Shown here piece by piece: positions 48,601 through 56,794 of a stretch of DNA of 64,000 nucleotides. The position numbers and the translations under genes are program-made. The stretch covers positions 2,752,001 to 2,816,000 of the forward strand of contig CAXXMB010000002.1 of assembly GCA_963668675.2 (NCBI GenBank), written 5' to 3'. The first letter of the stretch is position 1. Each line of letters opens with the position of its first letter. The stretch is from an uncultured Desulfatitalea sp. (GTDB lineage: Bacteria > Desulfobacterota > Desulfobacteria > Desulfobacterales > Desulfosarcinaceae). Under the pieces are notes generated by a model, which was not told where the DNA came from, searched no databases, and saw nothing but the letters and a program-made list of their open reading frames with translations.

Positions 48601-49487
48601 TCAGCCAGGTCATCGATATACCCGCCCTTGGTGCCAGCTTCGTCCCATTCGTAATTGTCTGTGATGATGAGATAGGGCCAGTCTCCCTGTGCCGCTTTCA
48701 TCAGAACTTCGGCAGGCAGAAACAGGCGATCGTTTTCCACCACGGGATAGTGGGTGTAAACAGCCCTCGAGGCGTGAAACGTTGGCTCCGTGGGGCTCAC
48801 CGGTTTGATGTCATCAAAACCGACTATATCTTTTGCTATCTTGATTTTCAAATCTTCGGGATTGGCCACTAAAGAGATCAATTTCTTAATTTCGGCATTG
48901 ATACGCAGAGGGCTTTTACTTCGCGGTTCGACGGGCAATTCGCTGATTCGGTAGGAGATACCGAGGGTGCCGCTTTCGAGGTAGTGGATCACCCCTTCCT
49001 TAGGACGGTAGCGCAAGGGATGAATACGGATGGCGGCAACACACCGGCCTGCATAGTAGTCCACTGCAGAAACCTCGGCATCGATCAGCGCAATCTCATC
49101 CAGGTGAGCCACTTGAGAATTCATGGCTTGAAAGCCAGCAACGTCAACATATTCAATCGTTTCCATCGGAGGCAAAGGCAATCCCTTTTTTGTCTCCAAG
49201 GTTTCCGCGGCGGGACGAAGCGGCTGAGCCGGCAGCAACGTGTATTTGTCCGGTAGTGCCGTCCAACTGGCGCTTTCTATGGTCACATTGATATCTTTTG
49301 CCCCATTCGGTAAAACAAAATACCGAATAGCAAAGGGAAGTGTCGGCCAGCCGATCCGTTCGGTCAATCCGCCATTTTTTAAAAGGATAAGGTCATAGTC
49401 GTACGATCTGCTTCTTCGGAAATCGTCCTCTGAAAATGCAAGAGGATAAGATAGCTGTTGATGCTCAGATGCGTCGCCGTTGCCCAT
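45657..49487 (-). CDS. C25 (gingipain-like) cysteine peptidase with propeptide, PQQ-like beta-propeller and C-terminal Ada-like Zn domain
   Basis: GWPTLP propeptide; YLIITD; LLGGD; PTDLYY; VGRAP; catalytic GHG and DSC; LMGDP; W-ended propeller blades; GNSRTKELHxxxC...CYYC. Confidence 0.85.
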   Translation of the reverse strand: MGNGDASEHQQLSYPLAFSEDDFRRSRSYDYDLILLKNGGLTERIGWPTLPFAIRYFVLPNGAKDINVTIESASWTALPDKYTLLPAQPLRPAAETLETKKGLPLPPMETIEYVDVAGFQAMNSQVAHLDEIALIDAEVSAVDYYAGRCVAAIRIHPLRYRPKEGVIHYLESGTLGISYRISELPVEPRSKSPLRINAEIKKLISLVANPEDLKIKIAKDIVGFDDIKPVSPTEPTFHASRAVYTHYPVVENDRLFLPAEVLMKAAQGDWPYLIITDNYEWDEAGTKGGYIDDLAEEFEELARWKTMKGLRARVITVSDIMANRFGSHWQTGVTRGVPEAIRNFLKDALRRWNTQWCLLGGDINIVPVRHILGNINWFYIEKKNNATPDENKMYYDSGMPSLRYHSPFEFSTADVFFAVDNTDVIRYRANATTSNPGWYWTLADFTTTSVNPTRHITIRGGSALLSCTFTVPQYANMIPTDLYYASIDSPLYSQTGLHDWDNDDNGFYGWWDGGNPDGIDFTADISVGRAPVRDRQQAKDYVDKVLTYEQFRDRRTDNPLAFIQPRRLFCVAGTWGSGWHDGSFDKIRWANLDGACQDKENVIDLMRDITEVDVIKRFYEDIYFVNQIESNLSVNDVAHIADLKSAVNEGPHFLSVSGHGWWDGTAGFSSTDPNWVNVAGMNNWPHFSIYFVDSCLTNEFDLDLWTDYNRIGGAQAGKPHEVCFGKKVVRWGGGGAIGYVGYARMGAVGWSQELPFWEALSLPGQAHLGSMLDHAREVGKDLVGKWQIYLMSLMGDPELPLYRETPEMMTVSHCSIVYGRDDLVVRVFHEQKALTNVHVSITQISDSDPNDKIVFRQVWATSGYYAFETREAHPGKLNIVVTSENFVPYIGEAQKVSEPVSPWKYRISRGYVYDIVKMSASSFCASASNALIAFKTDAYNPDWFHSHGGTIQDLTADANGRVLAGVRTKGSKNLILYNRQGTELRSWTLPEEVFSIDWDLNANIAYAGMRDVGVHSVHTETGASYWDRSDLGTCNYVKLHGDYLYATTTDNGIKVTRLQKTNGNTNWAYEVGPSWEWGIVAMCVSQDGKVFAASRNRELHATDENGNQIWKVTGMSASAISLVSYGDTLFVGLGDGQLFRYDRTSGAIDWQRDIGDRIECILAEGTETLYVGSWHGVFALDPATGNTRWFRETLGAVTCLTMIGNDLMAGARDGWVYAIDTRAYIGNSRTKELHLKDCEWVDLMANHNKVSFSSIEEAIRQGYNGCYYCLNDYDTG

Positions 49488-49594
49488 GGATCCTCCTTTT
49501 CAGGCCTCCATCAGCCGGTGATATACCCTCCTGAGGCACTATTGTCAGCCGTTGCAGCCGTGCCATGTGGTGCGCCGTCCTGGTTTCGACCACC

Positions 49595-50284
49595 TTAGCG
49601 GATAGTGCCGGGTTTTATCTCTTTGGCGAATCTCTTCAATATGCGTAAGGCCTCATCCGCTGAATAGGCTTTGCCGTTGTCCATACCGTAGCGTTCGGGG
49701 TTGACCATGGCCGGTATCAGGAATTCTCTGTCATCTGACTGCAGGTAAACGAATGTGGCCAGAAGCGATGGCGCATGTACGATAAAGGAAGTATATCCAT
49801 CTCTCATCCCCTTGGCTTCGGCTATGGCCTTCGTTTTGGTGCCCACAGCCCAGACCTCTTGCGCTTTGAGGGTATCGCCAAACTCGCCGGGCTTCCATTG
49901 TCCATCGATACGGACCGTCTCGATTTTGGTCCTGAAAGTATCGCCAACCATGACCGGAAACCACATTATGCCCGGGTCCCGCAACATCTTCTTCGCCCCA
50001 CTTCCGGGTTGGTAATCCTTTACGGCTGAAAGATCGAGCATCTTGACCGGATAAGGCTTGCCGATGCGGGCCGCTTTCGCGTCGTCGAGATTTTTAAATC
50101 CAAAGGTGGCCGCATTTTTCTCTGTTAGTCCGTATTGAATATAGTTGGCAAGGGCCTCATTGCTGATTTTGATTGCCTCTTTCTGGTTGGCTATCTGGTC
50201 TGTGGCTGATCCACCCATTGGGAATATCAGGAATGACAGAATCAGCGCGACCAGCATAATGGCTGTCGATTTTGCTCTCTTCAT
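49595..50284 (-). CDS. Secreted hypothetical protein
   Basis: Signal peptide MKRAKSTAIMLVALILSFLIF; GGAGG RBS. Confidence 0.8.
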   Translation of the reverse strand: MKRAKSTAIMLVALILSFLIFPMGGSATDQIANQKEAIKISNEALANYIQYGLTEKNAATFGFKNLDDAKAARIGKPYPVKMLDLSAVKDYQPGSGAKKMLRDPGIMWFPVMVGDTFRTKIETVRIDGQWKPGEFGDTLKAQEVWAVGTKTKAIAEAKGMRDGYTSFIVHAPSLLATFVYLQSDDREFLIPAMVNPERYGMDNGKAYSADEALRILKRFAKEIKPGTIR

Positions 50285-50312
50285 TGCGCTATCCTCCAAT
50301 CCACTAAAGTCG

Positions 50313-50999
50313 TCATGGCCCCGTGTGTTTAAATTGATAAAAAGAGTCTTCCCACTTGCGATTGCCGCTTTGCTTAAATGACTCGTATGTGGCTAAAACC
50401 GCTGCACCGCCGGTCGCGGCTTGTTGGCATTGATTGAGGGCGTTTAACGAGCAATCCATGGGGGCCGGGTTATTGTAAAAAACGAGATCCATATTTAAGG
50501 TGGTTAGCCTGATTTCACTGTAACCGGTAATGGTGACGACATGGCCGTTGGTTCGCATTCCCATTCCATCATACCACCACCAGACGGCTTGGATGGGGCT
50601 TTTCCGGCAATGAGACTGTTTGGAAAGCGTCTTTTTCACGTCGCCCCAGGATAGCGCTGAGCTATCATGCCGATAAGTGAAATTCCAGTGGGTCCAGTTG
50701 TTTTGGATGTCGGTAATTGTCGCACCCCACGCCCCTCCCCAGCCCGGACAGTTTCCAATACATCCGGTACAGCAGTTCGGCGGTGTGCCATGTATAAAAT
50801 TGGCGGAGTCGCATTGCTGTACGCGGTGGCCGTAGTAATCAGAAACCATTTCCGTGGTAGCCGCCCAACACCACCAGTCGCGATGTTGCGGAAACAGATT
50901 CACAGCATGCGAATCCGAGGGCAGCGGAGAACAACATCCGCTGAACCACCCCGCCATCAGCAGGATGAGCGCAATGGCAATAATCCGTTTAGCGACCAT
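50313..50999 (-). CDS. Papain-like (C39/C70-type) cysteine protease lipoprotein
   Basis: Lipobox FSGC; QHRDWWCWAA; GHVVTITGY; YNNP. Confidence 0.8.
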   Translation of the reverse strand: MVAKRIIAIALILLMAGWFSGCCSPLPSDSHAVNLFPQHRDWWCWAATTEMVSDYYGHRVQQCDSANFIHGTPPNCCTGCIGNCPGWGGAWGATITDIQNNWTHWNFTYRHDSSALSWGDVKKTLSKQSHCRKSPIQAVWWWYDGMGMRTNGHVVTITGYSEIRLTTLNMDLVFYNNPAPMDCSLNALNQCQQAATGGAAVLATYESFKQSGNRKWEDSFYQFKHTGP

Positions 51000-51483
51000 C
51001 TTTCCCTCCTTTCATGATGAGTGCTGATTCCTGAACCTTCCTTGCCGAATTTTTAAGTATGGAAGTGCTCGTGATAGATGCTTGACCGAAAGCTGATGGC
51101 TTACAAATAAGGACGAATTCGTCAGAGGACTGAAATCAAGTGGATCTGCCCCGGCAACACGGGTGCGGTTGGCCAGGGACCGAGTTCTGAAAGCATTGAT
51201 ATGCGGAGCAATGGCAATTCATGTGAAAAACCCGCCCATACATCTCATGCGATTTTTGGTAGTGCGGCAAGGACCCCTTATATTTTTTTCCTGACACTGT
51301 TTCGCTTGATTTGCAACTGGAAAAACCGGCGCTGTGACTTTCGTCACAGTAAGCGTCATCGACCAAAGGCCGAAACGGTGAAAAATGTATCAGCTTCAAG
51401 CATTCAAGCAAGGACCATCAACTTGGAATATCAAAGATAAGGTCTTGGGATAAACTCCTCGACTCCTGAACCAAATAGCTTAA

Positions 51484-54400
51484 TCAGAAGACCACATCCA
51501 GATTCGTAGTCTGTCCGGCCTGTATCGTAAAAGGAAATCGCTTTTCGGGTTTTCCCTCTAATTTGTAGGCTTTGACGACAACTTCATAATGGCCCGGTTG
51601 CATTTTAATGGGTTTTTCTGCGTTTCCGGTTGCAAAGCGCCTGGATTCGCCGTCCAGGAAGAATGAAAGACCGCCCCGAGTGGATTGACCGCCGGAAGTG
51701 ACCTTTACATTGAGAATTCCTTCCTGGTACTCGACCCGCTGTTTCGAGGTCTGGGCCTGGACGACTTCAATGTCCTTCAGGACGATCTCCTTTTCAGGGA
51801 TGGCCTTGCGATAGACGACCTTCAGGTCGTAGTTGCCGGCATTCAGATTAATGACCCTGGGGTTGTCACTGGAGGTATCACTGCTGGTCACACGATTGGT
51901 CGTGCCGGCGTCAAAGACATAATAACCGGCAGATCCCTTTTTCCCATTGACCAGAACTTCGATGCTCAGCCGGCCTTCACCAAATTCCGCCTTTCGCTCT
52001 TCGGTTCGGCCGGGTTTGATTTCGATACCGTTGAAACGTTGTTTTGTTTCGGGCTTGGACCCCTTATAAACGACCTGGAGATCATAAGTGCCTGGGTTTA
52101 ATACCACAATCTTTGGATAGTCACTGGAGGTATCACCGCTGGTCACACGATTGGTCGTGCCGGCGTCAAAGACATAATAACCGGCAGACCCCTTTTTTCC
52201 ATTGACCAGAACTTCGATGCTCAGCCGGCCTTCACCGAACTCAACCCGCTTTTCAATCGTCTGTCCTGCCTCGATCCTGATATCGCTGAAACGGCGCTCC
52301 ATTTCCGGCCTGACTTTCTTATACAACACACGGAGATCGTAGATCCCAGGACCCAGAGCAAACGTCTTGGGATTGTCGCTGGAGGTATCGCCGGTGACCA
52401 GGGGTTGCTTCTCACCGGCACGATAGACGTAGAGACCGGCCGTCTCTTTTCGGCCCTCGGCCAAAACGGCCACGCTCAAACCTCCGCCGCTGAAGTCGAC
52501 GCTCTTTTCCGTGGTGGCACCCGCCGTAACCGTCACACCGGAAAGTGTCGCCTTCTGGGGAGGTCGCACCTCTCTATCCGTTATTGTCAGATCATAAACC
52601 CCCGGTTTCAATTTCGATCCCGTCAAAGCCGGTTCCGTAACCGAACGAACGCTCTTGACGGTCTTTTTCTCGCCTTGCGGGAAGATATCCACGCGAGCAG
52701 AGATGGGCTTTCCGCTTCGCAGTGCGGTGATTTTGAGGTAACCGAAACTCTGCGACTTTTTGACCGCCTCTTTGGCCGCCACACGGAATTCCTGGGCGGT
52801 TTTGGCGGTGAAGTATTGTCCGCCGCCTGCTTGGGCGATGCATTCGAGTTGGGCTTTTTCCTCTTCGCTGACATCGAAGCCGATCACATACATGGTGAAC
52901 CGGATGCCGGCCGCCTTGAGTTCCTTCACCAGCGCGCAAGGATCTCCCTCACACGTCTCCTTGCCGTCGCTGACGAGAATAATGGTGGTCTCCTCCTCTA
53001 TGCTTTTCAGCTTTTCGGACGTCTTTCGTATGGAGAGGGTGATGGGCGTTTTGCCCTTTGGGCCGATAGCCTTGATTTTGGCAATCAGGCTCTTCTTGTC
53101 GATCGGTTGCAACGACACCAGCTCTTCCACATCCTGGCAATCCCCCTTTCGGCGATGACCATAAGCCACGAGACCGGCATGGCTATCGTCGGGGAGATCA
53201 TTGATGAGATCCGTCAGAACCGCTTTGGCAATCGCGATTTTAGGCTGCCCCCCTATCTGTCCCCACATGGAGCCGGAGGCATCGAGGATAAAAATGATCG
53301 CCGCGGGTCCGTCGGTCAAAGAGTTCGTTTCGACTGTCGCTTTCCCCGTCGTTTTTTCTCCAGCACGTGTCTTGGTCGCACCGGTTCCCTCGATCTCCTG
53401 CGAACCCTTCTCCTTTAAGGGACTCTCTTTCCAGGAGGGCGGTGTGGCACCCTCTTTTTCCGGATATTCAAGGCGAACGTGAATGCCGCCGGCAACGACA
53501 TCGAAGCTCAGGGTCCCGATGCCCTTGTCCGCCGGATACTGCCAGGACATGCTCCGGCCGTTTTTGATGTCCAGATTATGCTCTTCGATCTTCTCCTTAT
53601 TTTGAAACGATCCTTTGTAGACGATCAATTTTACCCGGCTGTCGACACCGTCTTTTTTCTCATCCCTGACGACCAGCCGGAAAGGCCTGTCCGTATATGT
53701 GCGCAGATCTTTTCCGGACATTTTTTTGATGTATTCCTTTTTCAGAACGATGCCTTCCGGCGCCTCCTCCAGTTCCGTTCGAATGAGCGCCTTGCCCTCC
53801 CCGACGCGGATCACGATTTCATCGGCCTTCGCGATTGTCTCCTCTCGGGCAATGGCCAGCTTCTGGCCCTTACGGGAAACATTGAAGGTGCTCATAGATG
53901 GTTCAGTGACGGGGTTGCCGTCCTTAAAGGCCACGGCGGTAACGGCCGTTCGCCCTTCCACCAAATTTTCCCCTCGGACAATAATTTTGAATCCTTTTTT
54001 AATCGCGGCCTTTACTATCTCTCCTTTCGAAAGGGTTTTTTCAAAAGGAACCGCAAGAGTAGGGGCTTTGGGAACGTCTCCTGCCCATGAGGGAGGGTCA
54101 ATGGGCATGCGGTCCATCTTGACGTACCCTTCCGGGGGCCGAAACAAGTGTGCTTCTTGAGCGCCCTCCTCGATGTTGGTCAGTTCAGTGAAATCGCCCT
54201 CTTTAAGATGATTCACAATCTTGACGGGGAAGTCGAGCCTGTCAGCAAACCAGGCGGTCAGGAAATCTTTACCGGATGACTTCGTGAGCCGCCTGGTGCA
54301 TGGGTACCCATTGACCACCTCTTTGCCGATAATCTGGCTTCCATAATAAGATACCGAAATCTGGTAGGAGACAAAAGGATTGCTCATGGCGCTGCCGAAA

Positions 54401-54702
54401 TCATCGTTTTTCATCTCCAGGTAGATCTTTTTGGGATCCACCAATACCTTTGTGAGGCCAGCCTTATTGTCCACGATCACCACTGCGCGCTTGTCCCCTT
54501 TCACTAGTTCCATGCGATAGGTTTCGTCGCGAACGTAAATTTTTCCCTTGGCGGCCTTACCGTTTGTCACGGCCGTCATGTCGGCGGAAAATTGTGCCGC
54601 ACCAACGAGAGAAGGGGCTGCAAAACCGATTATTGCAAGTAGGCATATACCGAAAAACAATTCTGCGGGCAGGTGTTTGAGCATGATTTTCTTCTTAACC
54701 AT
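51484..54702 (-). CDS. Exported DUF4412 + VWA protein with C-terminal 85-aa beta-sandwich repeats
   Basis: Signal peptide; FSADM...GKIYV (DUF4412/LolA-like); ILDASGSM MIDAS, GKTPI, VSDGKETC; PGxYDL repeats. Confidence 0.85.
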   Translation of the reverse strand: MVKKKIMLKHLPAELFFGICLLAIIGFAAPSLVGAAQFSADMTAVTNGKAAKGKIYVRDETYRMELVKGDKRAVVIVDNKAGLTKVLVDPKKIYLEMKNDDFGSAMSNPFVSYQISVSYYGSQIIGKEVVNGYPCTRRLTKSSGKDFLTAWFADRLDFPVKIVNHLKEGDFTELTNIEEGAQEAHLFRPPEGYVKMDRMPIDPPSWAGDVPKAPTLAVPFEKTLSKGEIVKAAIKKGFKIIVRGENLVEGRTAVTAVAFKDGNPVTEPSMSTFNVSRKGQKLAIAREETIAKADEIVIRVGEGKALIRTELEEAPEGIVLKKEYIKKMSGKDLRTYTDRPFRLVVRDEKKDGVDSRVKLIVYKGSFQNKEKIEEHNLDIKNGRSMSWQYPADKGIGTLSFDVVAGGIHVRLEYPEKEGATPPSWKESPLKEKGSQEIEGTGATKTRAGEKTTGKATVETNSLTDGPAAIIFILDASGSMWGQIGGQPKIAIAKAVLTDLINDLPDDSHAGLVAYGHRRKGDCQDVEELVSLQPIDKKSLIAKIKAIGPKGKTPITLSIRKTSEKLKSIEEETTIILVSDGKETCEGDPCALVKELKAAGIRFTMYVIGFDVSEEEKAQLECIAQAGGGQYFTAKTAQEFRVAAKEAVKKSQSFGYLKITALRSGKPISARVDIFPQGEKKTVKSVRSVTEPALTGSKLKPGVYDLTITDREVRPPQKATLSGVTVTAGATTEKSVDFSGGGLSVAVLAEGRKETAGLYVYRAGEKQPLVTGDTSSDNPKTFALGPGIYDLRVLYKKVRPEMERRFSDIRIEAGQTIEKRVEFGEGRLSIEVLVNGKKGSAGYYVFDAGTTNRVTSGDTSSDYPKIVVLNPGTYDLQVVYKGSKPETKQRFNGIEIKPGRTEERKAEFGEGRLSIEVLVNGKKGSAGYYVFDAGTTNRVTSSDTSSDNPRVINLNAGNYDLKVVYRKAIPEKEIVLKDIEVVQAQTSKQRVEYQEGILNVKVTSGGQSTRGGLSFFLDGESRRFATGNAEKPIKMQPGHYEVVVKAYKLEGKPEKRFPFTIQAGQTTNLDVVF
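51865..52236. repeat. Intragenic direct repeat: 117 bp x2, period 255 bp
   Basis: 51865-51981 vs 52120-52236, 3 mismatches. Confidence 0.9.
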
Positions 54703-55261
54703 GATCATCTCCTTTGCTCGTCTTTGGCCGTGAACGGCCATTAGAGAATAGCGTTCAGAAACGGCCTTGGCCCTGTAGAGGATCAGTCTATGTGTGTCGC
54801 TGTCGCCAATCTCCGGAAAAACCCCTTTGGAAGACACCGGGATGGGGTTGTTTGCCGTTTTGAAGCCCGTGCCTCACTCCCGGTGAAATTCAAATTCATC
54901 ATCGATTTGTCGCCGCTCGTATTTTTTCGGGAATCGTTACTCCGCAGCGGACGCTGACCATGGTGGGGCAGACGGCGACAATGATTTGATTTAACGGGTG
55001 CTTTTAGAAAATGGGTTCAACGAATCATCAAGGCTATTCTAATTGATTCACAGGGCCCTTGTAAAGGATCGTATCGGCGTACCGAAGCGTCCACCCGGGG
55101 CCGGCTACTTTCGATTGTGTCCGTCTTGAGACCCTTTGAGACAAGTTTAGGCTTTTATTAAAGGACACTTTCCCTCAGCGTTGCCGGTTTAATCAACTCA
55201 TCACGTATCAAAGGAACCAGGAAGAAAGGTGCGAAGAACAAAATGCGGTGGCATCCTGAAT

Positions 55262-55411
55262 TTATTAACCCGGCAATTAATTACCTTAGCAATCGTCATT
55301 CCGGCACAGGTCGGGCACGAAGTGAAGCGTCAGCGCTATCCAGACCGTTCCTGGATCCCGGATCAAGTCCGGGATGACAAGGGTTGGCCTATTTAATTGC
55401 CGGTTTAATAA
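55262..55411 (+). mobile_element. MITE-like element (150 bp) with 19-bp terminal inverted repeats
   Basis: TTATTAACCCGGCAATTAA ... TTAATTGCCGGTTTAATAA (1 mismatch); core CGTCATTCCGG...GGATCCCGGATCAAGTCCGGGATGAC. Confidence 0.8.
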
Positions 55412-55450
55412 GTTGTTCAGCATAGAGCCTTTTAGTGGATTTAGATCCGC

Positions 55451-55482
55451 TTCACGGGATGGAAACAGTTCCATCCCGTGAA
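55451..55482. repeat. Perfect 14-bp hairpin
   Basis: TTCACGGGATGGAA-acag-TTCCATCCCGTGAA. Confidence 0.7.
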
Positions 55483-55625
55483 CCCGTATGGGGTGATGCC
55501 TGGATTTGAAGCATCGACAGGATTTTGAGACTCAAGACAGCCGTTCCACATTGACACTTGCCAGTGATTTCAATTTTCATTATAGAGACGCTTGTTTTAT
55601 CTCTTATTGCAGAGGGGTTCAAAAC

Positions 55626-56318
55626 TTGCTCGGCACAATTGTCAACACATTAAGCATTATCGCTGGCACCTTGATCGGATTGCTTTTCAGGGGAAGTATC
55701 CCTGAGAAATACAGTCAAACCATCAAGCACGCCATTGGACTCGCAGTTGTTCTGATCGGTATTCGATCGGCGCTTATGACCGATGCGATTCTGGTGGTCA
55801 TCATCAGTCTTGCCGTGGGCAGTCTGCTTGGAGAGCTGCTTCGAATTGAAGAGCGGCTGGATCAACTCGGCACTTGGATCGGAAGGCGGGTTTCGAAAGA
55901 GGGTGATGGCATTTCCAAAGCATTTGTCAGTACGAGCCTTCTATACTGTGTGGGCGCAATGGCGATCATCGGATCGATGGAGAGCGGCCTGACGGGAAAC
56001 CACCAGACGCTTTTCGCCAAATCCATCCTTGACGGCATCGGATCGGTGCTGTTTGCATCGACATTAGGCATCGGTGTTCTTTTCTCCTCCGTCTCTGTAT
56101 TTATCTATCAGGGGCTTCTTACCGTAACCGCATCTTCGATGAAACCCTTCTTGTTGCCCGAGGTGGTTTCCCAAATGTCGTCCGTCGGAGGTCTCCTTAT
56201 TTTTGCCATTGGCATCGGTCTGTTGGAGATTAAACGGATCAAAATTGGCAACATGCTTCCAGCCATATTCATTCCGCTTGTCTACCAGGTAGCAAAATAT
56301 GTTTATGGGATGCTGTAA
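55626..56318 (+). CDS. DUF554 (YqgA-like) membrane protein
   Basis: GTIVNTLSII, LLYCVGAMAIIGS, KSILDG, NMLPA; probable TTG start. Confidence 0.9.
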   Translation: MLGTIVNTLSIIAGTLIGLLFRGSIPEKYSQTIKHAIGLAVVLIGIRSALMTDAILVVIISLAVGSLLGELLRIEERLDQLGTWIGRRVSKEGDGISKAFVSTSLLYCVGAMAIIGSMESGLTGNHQTLFAKSILDGIGSVLFASTLGIGVLFSSVSVFIYQGLLTVTASSMKPFLLPEVVSQMSSVGGLLIFAIGIGLLEIKRIKIGNMLPAIFIPLVYQVAKYVYGML

Positions 56319-56333
56319 AATGCCAGCGGGACG

Positions 56334-56449
56334 TTATTAGCCCGGCAACCACAAACAACAACAAATGTCATTCCGGCGAAAACCGGAATCCGTGCGCCTG
56401 GATCCCGAATCAAGTCCCGGGATGACGGAGGTTGGCCTCTTTACTTGCC
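56334..56449 (+). mobile_element. MITE copy with truncated right end
   Basis: TTATTAGCCCGGCAAC...GTCATTCCGGCGAAAACCGGAATCC...GGATCCCGAATCAAGTCCCGGGATGAC...GGTTGGCCTCTTTACTTGCC. Confidence 0.75.
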
Positions 56450-56469
56450 TCTGGCTCCGCACCGCTCCT

Positions 56470-56794
56470 GGTTAGCGAATTCAAGCGCATCATTATCACC
56501 GGAGGGGAAAATGTTTCGGCCAAAGAGGTGGAAACGGTGATCAATCTGCTCGAAGGGGTTCAGGAATCTGCGGTTGTGGGCATATCGGACCCCAAATGGG
56601 GTGAAACGGTCGTGGCGGCAGTTCAGCTCAAATCTGGATGCGAGATAGCTGCAGAGACCATTTCAGCTTTTTGCCGAGAGCGCCTGCACAATTGGAAGTG
56701 TCCCAAGCAGATATTTTTTATTGAAGAGATTCCCCGCAATACGATGGGCAAAATCCTCAAAGAGGAAGTAAAAAGAGTATTTATGCAGCAGTAA
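56470..56794 (+). pseudogene. C-terminal fragment of an AMP-binding (acyl-CoA ligase) enzyme
   Basis: IIITGGENVSAKEVE, DPKWGE, PRNTMGKILK; no adenylation core, no good start or RBS. Confidence 0.8.
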
